64,000 nt of DNA from a virus: the UHGV virus genome UHGV-1332848. One strand, given 5' to 3'. The translations under genes were made by a program, and so were the position numbers. The notes under the pieces were generated by a model that saw nothing but the letters and a program-made list of their open reading frames with translations, searched no databases and had not been told where the DNA came from. This document shows positions 59,695 through 64,000 of this stretch, piece by piece; position 1 is the stretch's first letter; each line of letters opens with the position of its first letter.

Positions 59695-61077
59695 ATGTCA
59701 GAGATATCAACTTTACTTCCTATGAAAAAGCTAGATGAAGAATTAATTAAAATAATAAATAAAGAAGTTAATAACAAGGAATTAATAAAAAACATTAATG
59801 CTATTTTCGCTAAAAAGAATCTTACTTTAAAAACAGTTGCTTGTTTATTTAATGGTAGTAAATCAATTAGAGAGATAGACACTATGGAGAAAATAGCATT
59901 TACTTACGGATGTTATGAAACACTTAAAGTTAAAAGAAAAAATAATAAAAGTTTAAAGGATGAGTATATTTATAGAGAAGAATTAGATCCAGGTAATTAT
60001 TTTAGTGACCAAATATTAGTTAGATATGAAATATTCATGAGTGAATCTGATGTTGTGAATATTGTTGAATTCAAGAATTTTATTATGATTGATGACAATA
60101 ATAGTAGAGGTAATGTAAGCCTTTTAGATGTTTACAAGTATAGAAAAAATACATTGTGGTTATATAATAGGTCAACTCAAAGAGCACCAGAAATTGTTCC
60201 TATGGGTAATAGCGGGGAATATACGTATAGAAATAGCGTAGATGAAAAAGCGGTTAAAGAAATGACAGAAGCTATTTTAGATGGTAAATTTGAAGAAACA
60301 GAAGTGATTTTAAACGTTAGGCTTATTCCAGATAAAGAGCCTGATGTAAAGGTAGTTACTAAAGGGAAATCTGAAGGAATTGCAGACATTATTGTAACTC
60401 CTAATTATGATATAAATAGTGAGAATTACACTGTGGTTGAAATATTAGACGGATATCACAGAATATTAGCAATAGAGGAAGCTGTAAGGATTTACCATGA
60501 AAGAACTGGCGAATGGTTAAAGGGTTGCATTGGTGTTAAATTGGTTTTTGCAGATGAGAAAAGAGCTTTAAGAATTGTTAGACAAACATTTAAAAGAACT
60601 GCTACAGATGAGCAATATCTAAAATCTATAGAAGAAGATGATATTTCAATGTTTGTAGATAAGATTATAAATAAGAGTAGTATATTGAAATTAAACGTAG
60701 GTAATGTGTATGAAGAGTGTTTGGCTTTTGGGAAAATAACTTATAAGTCTTTATTAAATGATACAATTAGAAAATTAGGAATAGATGTAACAAAAAGATC
60801 TAGTGCAAATTTCACTTCTGATTTTTTAGCAAAAGGGATAGATGAAATTTACGAAATAATTAATGATATATATAAAGATGACAAGGATATTTTGTGCAAT
60901 CCAAATATAATTGCGGGTTATGTAAAAGCTATTTATGAAATGATAAATAAAGAATTGGATGCTGAAGATATTATAGTAAAAGCTCTAAAATTAAGCAAAA
61001 AAGACATTAGAGATATGAAATTAAATAGTAGAGATTGTATCTTAGATAAGATATTAGAATATTTTGAGGTTATTTAA
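59695..61077 (+). CDS. ParB/sulfiredoxin-superfamily protein with DGYHR motif (DGQHR/DndB-like)
   Basis: VVEILDGYHRILAIEEA matches the D-G-x-H-R ParB-like nuclease/DGQHR signature. Promoter TTTGCA-18-TATAAT and a motif copy lie upstream at about 59603-59660. Confidence 0.45.
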   Translation: MSEISTLLPMKKLDEELIKIINKEVNNKELIKNINAIFAKKNLTLKTVACLFNGSKSIREIDTMEKIAFTYGCYETLKVKRKNNKSLKDEYIYREELDPGNYFSDQILVRYEIFMSESDVVNIVEFKNFIMIDDNNSRGNVSLLDVYKYRKNTLWLYNRSTQRAPEIVPMGNSGEYTYRNSVDEKAVKEMTEAILDGKFEETEVILNVRLIPDKEPDVKVVTKGKSEGIADIIVTPNYDINSENYTVVEILDGYHRILAIEEAVRIYHERTGEWLKGCIGVKLVFADEKRALRIVRQTFKRTATDEQYLKSIEEDDISMFVDKIINKSSILKLNVGNVYEECLAFGKITYKSLLNDTIRKLGIDVTKRSSANFTSDFLAKGIDEIYEIINDIYKDDKDILCNPNIIAGYVKAIYEMINKELDAEDIIVKALKLSKKDIRDMKLNSRDCILDKILEYFEVI

Positions 61078-61089
61078 AAGGAGAAAAGT

Positions 61090-62241
61090 ATGTTTAGAGA
61101 ATTTTATTTTGGGAGAGCTTATGATTTTAAAACAGAAGAGGAAATGAATGAAATGTACTCTAAGTTAATGAGTGAGGCTAATCCTTATGAAATTAACAAA
61201 AATACATTTCTCAACGAATATTACAAGGATGATAGTATTGATACAAAGATAGTATTATATGCATTGTGGAAAGGTGCAATTCAATACATTGAAGAAATGA
61301 AAATGAAAGATTTATATCAGTTTTCACCTTCTGAGATATCTGATTTAATAATATCCACACCAACAACAAGTAGAGTTAGAAAAGAGTCTATATTTAACTT
61401 TATAAAGCAGTATTGTGATTGGGCATTCTCTAAGGAATTAATAAATGTAAATCCTACTGATGGATTAAACAGGGAGGAACTCGTTCAAGTAAATAAAAGA
61501 GCTATTAAAAGAAAAGTAATGGGATTGAGTGAGTTTTATAATTTATGTTATTCAATGTTAGAAAATACGAGTGTTTTTAATGTTTTGCCATTGGTTTTAG
61601 CTAGATATGGAATAACTGGTTCAGAATTAAGTTATATGTCAAATTTAAAATGGAACGACATAGATAGAGAAAACATGATTGTTAATATAGTAAAGCATGA
61701 AACAGGAGAGGTTATTACACAATTAAAAGTAGATAAAAATTTTATTAATTGGATAGATATTGCTAAAGATACTAATGATTATAAAGTTAAGACTAACAAA
61801 GAGAAAAGTGGCATTACTTCTTTTGAAACAGTTAGTAATGGTGGTTATATAGATAGAGGATATGTAAATAAAATTTCTATAAAAACTAGAGAAAGTGAAG
61901 ATGTTTTGAAGGTTGAAAAGTCTTCATTGTATAGTAGAATTAATTTGGCATTTAGAGACAACGAAATGAATGTAATTTCTCTTGGGAGTCTTGAAAAGAG
62001 TAGAAAGATAGAAGTTTTATTAGAAAAAAGAGAAAGTAGAAAGTTAACTACAAGAGACGTTCAAGAAGTAGTGCTAATGTTTAACCCTAATGCAAGTTTG
62101 GGAGCTTATAATTCTCTCAAGAATGATTATCAAAGTATAACTGGAGATACGGTTCTACCTGCTAGAGCTAAAACATATGAGTTAAAAGATGAAAATAGCG
62201 TAGAGTTTGTTAAAAATGTCAAAAAAGAATTGGGTTTATAG
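61090..62241 (+). CDS. hypothetical protein resembling a tyrosine-recombinase fold but lacking the R..HxxR..Y catalytic residues
   Basis: Core-binding-like ESIFNFIKQYCDWA..INVNPTDGL and LVLARYGITGSELSYMSNLKWNDIDREN resemble integrase boxes. No HxxRH or terminal Tyr motif is recognisable. Confidence 0.3.
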   Translation: MFREFYFGRAYDFKTEEEMNEMYSKLMSEANPYEINKNTFLNEYYKDDSIDTKIVLYALWKGAIQYIEEMKMKDLYQFSPSEISDLIISTPTTSRVRKESIFNFIKQYCDWAFSKELINVNPTDGLNREELVQVNKRAIKRKVMGLSEFYNLCYSMLENTSVFNVLPLVLARYGITGSELSYMSNLKWNDIDRENMIVNIVKHETGEVITQLKVDKNFINWIDIAKDTNDYKVKTNKEKSGITSFETVSNGGYIDRGYVNKISIKTRESEDVLKVEKSSLYSRINLAFRDNEMNVISLGSLEKSRKIEVLLEKRESRKLTTRDVQEVVLMFNPNASLGAYNSLKNDYQSITGDTVLPARAKTYELKDENSVEFVKNVKKELGL

Positions 62242-62281
62242 AGAGCATTATCTCTATAAACTCTTTCTTTAAAATAATTTT

Positions 62282-62330
62282 AATAATTAATTAAAAAGAT
62301 GTTGACAATAAAAGCCAGTAATGTTAATAT
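62282..62330 (+). promoter_or_regulatory. consensus sigma-A promoter preceded by AATAATTAATTAAAA motif
   Basis: Motif 62282-62296, TTGACA 62302-62307, 17-nt spacer, TGtTAATAT with -10 at 62325-62330. Confidence 0.6.
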
Positions 62331-62398
62331 ATTATTGAGGGTAGGAAAACATAAGACACCTACTAAGAAATAATAAATTAAAAGAGGTAAAGAGGAAT

Positions 62399-63001
62399 AT
62401 GATAACAAGACAATGTAAAAGAGCATGTATTCACTGGGTTGACTTTGGTGAGACCAAAGGTTCTGAACAAGGAGGAATTAGACCTGCGATAATTATTCAA
62501 AATGATATAGGGAATAAGTATAGTCCAACTGTAATTGTTTGTCCTATATCTTCAGAGATAAAAAAGAAAGAGTTACCAACTCATGTATATTTAGAGAATT
62601 GGAGAACTTATGGTTTAACTAAGCCATCACAAGTAATAACAGAACAAATTAGAACTAGAGATAAGGCACAACTTGGGGATTACATAGGATGCGTAGATGT
62701 GGACACAATGAATAAGATAGATAAGGCAATTGAAATAAGCGTTCAAGTTGGAAGTGCAAAAAACATAATAGAACCTAGAGAAGTAAGAGAGTCAAAAAGA
62801 AAAGCTCAAGAAATTAGAGAAATAGACAGTTTCTTAAGAATGTGGTTTTTAAAAAATGATGATATTAATAAAGTTCAGGAGTATATAAAAGACAGAGAAA
62901 TTATGATAAAGGATTTAGAGTTATATTCAACAAGATATAATTTAGATTATAGAGAATTTTATCAACCTATAAATGGGGTTAATTTAGGAATGGTGGGATA
63001 A
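62399..63001 (+). CDS. MazF/PemK-family endoribonuclease toxin with about 80-aa C-terminal extension
   Basis: IHWVDFGETKGSEQGGIRPAIIIQND...TVIVCPISS closely parallels E. coli MazF IWVDFDPTKGSEQAGHRPAVVLS...CVPCTT. It is about 200 aa versus about 110 typical. No antitoxin ORF lies upstream. Confidence 0.85.
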   Translation: MITRQCKRACIHWVDFGETKGSEQGGIRPAIIIQNDIGNKYSPTVIVCPISSEIKKKELPTHVYLENWRTYGLTKPSQVITEQIRTRDKAQLGDYIGCVDVDTMNKIDKAIEISVQVGSAKNIIEPREVRESKRKAQEIREIDSFLRMWFLKNDDINKVQEYIKDREIMIKDLELYSTRYNLDYREFYQPINGVNLGMVG

Positions 63002-63005
63002 TAAA

Positions 63006-63596
63006 ATGGTTATAAATGGGGCATGGAAAGAAAAAGTGAGAACAATGAGAGCTAATAAGAACAACGAGGGAGCAAAAAGAGAGTTGTTAAAAGCTAAAAT
63101 GACTGGTTATGAAAAGGCTGATTTAAAAAACAAGATATTCGTTGATTATTGTTTGGCACATCATGCGTATACAGAAAAGAATTTTGAACTGGCAAATAAA
63201 TATTTAATGTGTATAAAAAGTATTTTTGATGAAGATGTCAGAAATATTGAAGATATGAATTTAGAGTATTGTAATTATTTATGGCTAAAAGTAAATAATA
63301 ATTACAATAAAATGCAAATTGATGAAATAATTACAGATATGACTTTAGTTTATAATTATTATAAAAGTATGGAAGAGGAAGATAAGGCTTTAAGTGCATT
63401 AGAAAATATTTTTAGATTTAAAGGTGACCATGATAAGATACTAGAAAGTCTAGAAAGGCTTATGCAGTGCAAAGAAATATCAGATTGGAATTTTGTTAAA
63501 AGTATCTTGAATGACTGTGAAGAAGTTAGTCACAGTCTATACATAAAAGCGTTAGGCATAGTTGATAAATACAAAATTTATATAAATGTAGTTTAA
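63006..63596 (+). CDS. all-helical (TPR-like) protein translationally coupled to the MazF-like gene; candidate antitoxin/regulator
   Basis: Start 4 nt after the MazF stop with RBS GGTGGGA. Helical repeat character. No HTH recognised. Confidence 0.35.
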   Translation: MVINGAWKEKVRTMRANKNNEGAKRELLKAKMTGYEKADLKNKIFVDYCLAHHAYTEKNFELANKYLMCIKSIFDEDVRNIEDMNLEYCNYLWLKVNNNYNKMQIDEIITDMTLVYNYYKSMEEEDKALSALENIFRFKGDHDKILESLERLMQCKEISDWNFVKSILNDCEEVSHSLYIKALGIVDKYKIYINVV

Positions 63597-63640
63597 AAGA
63601 GTTTGAATTAGAAACCAATATCTTGAAAGGAGGTGAACAT

Positions 63641-63769
63641 ATGAAAAAAGGAATGAAAATTGCTTTGGTTATTGGAGTAGTGGCTTTAGTTTTAAGTTTG
63701 GGAGCGGTTGGATCTACAACAATTAGACCATTCGGAGATCCACCTTATGGTTTAATCAACCTAAAATAA
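63641..63769 (+). CDS. small secreted peptide precursor (42 aa; Sec signal peptide plus about 18-aa C-terminal region)
   Basis: Strong RBS AAAGGAGGTGA. MKKGMKIALVIGVVALVLSLGAVG signal, then STTIRPFGDPPYGLINLK. Architecture like Phr/AimP-type signalling peptides. Confidence 0.4.
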   Translation: MKKGMKIALVIGVVALVLSLGAVGSTTIRPFGDPPYGLINLK

Positions 63770-63867
63770 TTATTTAAAAACATAATATAAACGTATGATA
63801 AGATAGGCTGGATGATTTATATTGTCTAGCCTAAAATTATAATTAATTTAAAATAAGAGGGTGGGTT

Positions 63868-63993
63868 GTGGAGTTGGTCACAATATTAATACTATTAATT
63901 GGTTTATTGCTAACAATATTTTATAGTTTATTAAAGTCTGCAAGTGATGCAGATGATTACATAGAGAAATTTTTAAATGAGAAAGAGAATTAA
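63868..63993 (+). CDS. small hydrophobic peptide (41 aa, GTG start)
   Basis: RBS AAGAGGGTGGG. VELVTILILLIGLLLTIFYSLL TM segment, then an acidic tail. Confidence 0.3.
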   Translation: MELVTILILLIGLLLTIFYSLLKSASDADDYIEKFLNEKEN

Positions 63994-64000
63994 TACATAT

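Noticed and set aside
1-64000. Searched for a neurotoxin, ADP-ribosyltransferase or other virulence cargo, given the resemblance to toxin-converting clostridial phage-plasmids
   Set aside because: No ORF in this window has the size or motifs (HExxH zinc protease, ADP-ribosyl-transferase motifs). The organism or phage identity is an inference from gene content only and is not asserted.

Overview
The window is strongly AT-rich (Clostridium-like by eye) and looks like most of a large tailed phage organised as a phage-plasmid. Positions 1-31222 (minus strand) hold a classic siphovirus late operon running right to left. In gene order: terminase, portal, head genes, major tail protein, tape measure (1721 aa), Dit/Tal-like tail tip proteins, a GDPD-domain tail protein, and an amidase endolysin. 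Positions 31223-37540 (minus) carry an ORF-free GC-elevated island, an HU-like protein, and a 910-aa protein carrying the multisubunit-RNA-polymerase catalytic motif ADFDSDQ. Because it sits beside an HU-like gene, I read it as a YonO-like single-subunit RNAP. Positions 37540-47760 form a plasmid-maintenance module. It contains a Rep initiator flanked by 22-bp-phased GTGGTATTGARTG iterons and two DnaA boxes. It also contains a TubR/TubZ tubulin-like partition operon with an 11-bp-phased AT-rich centromere and a divergent MerR/coiled-coil TubY-like gene. The remainder is a membrane-anchored Mrr-cat nuclease, an FtsK/SpoIIIE-like ATPase with a replication-relaxation protein, and a 1.4-kb ORF-free region. 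Positions 47767-64000 (plus strand) hold about 25 small early-type ORFans. These are followed by a tyrosine recombinase, a divergent XRE repressor, a DGYHR ParB-like protein, and a degenerate recombinase-like protein. The window ends with a MazF-family toxin that has a C-terminal extension and no upstream antitoxin, translationally coupled to a helical protein and followed by two tiny peptide genes, one with a signal peptide. An asymmetric 15-bp motif, AATAATTAATTAAAA, recurs about 28 times. Nearly all copies are intergenic, their orientation follows local transcription, and the motif is absent from the maintenance module. It often sits 5 nt upstream of consensus TTGACA-17-TGnTATAAT promoters. 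This resembles the stoperator arrangement of mycobacteriophages, or a dedicated phage-RNAP promoter. No rRNA, tRNA or CRISPR array was seen.
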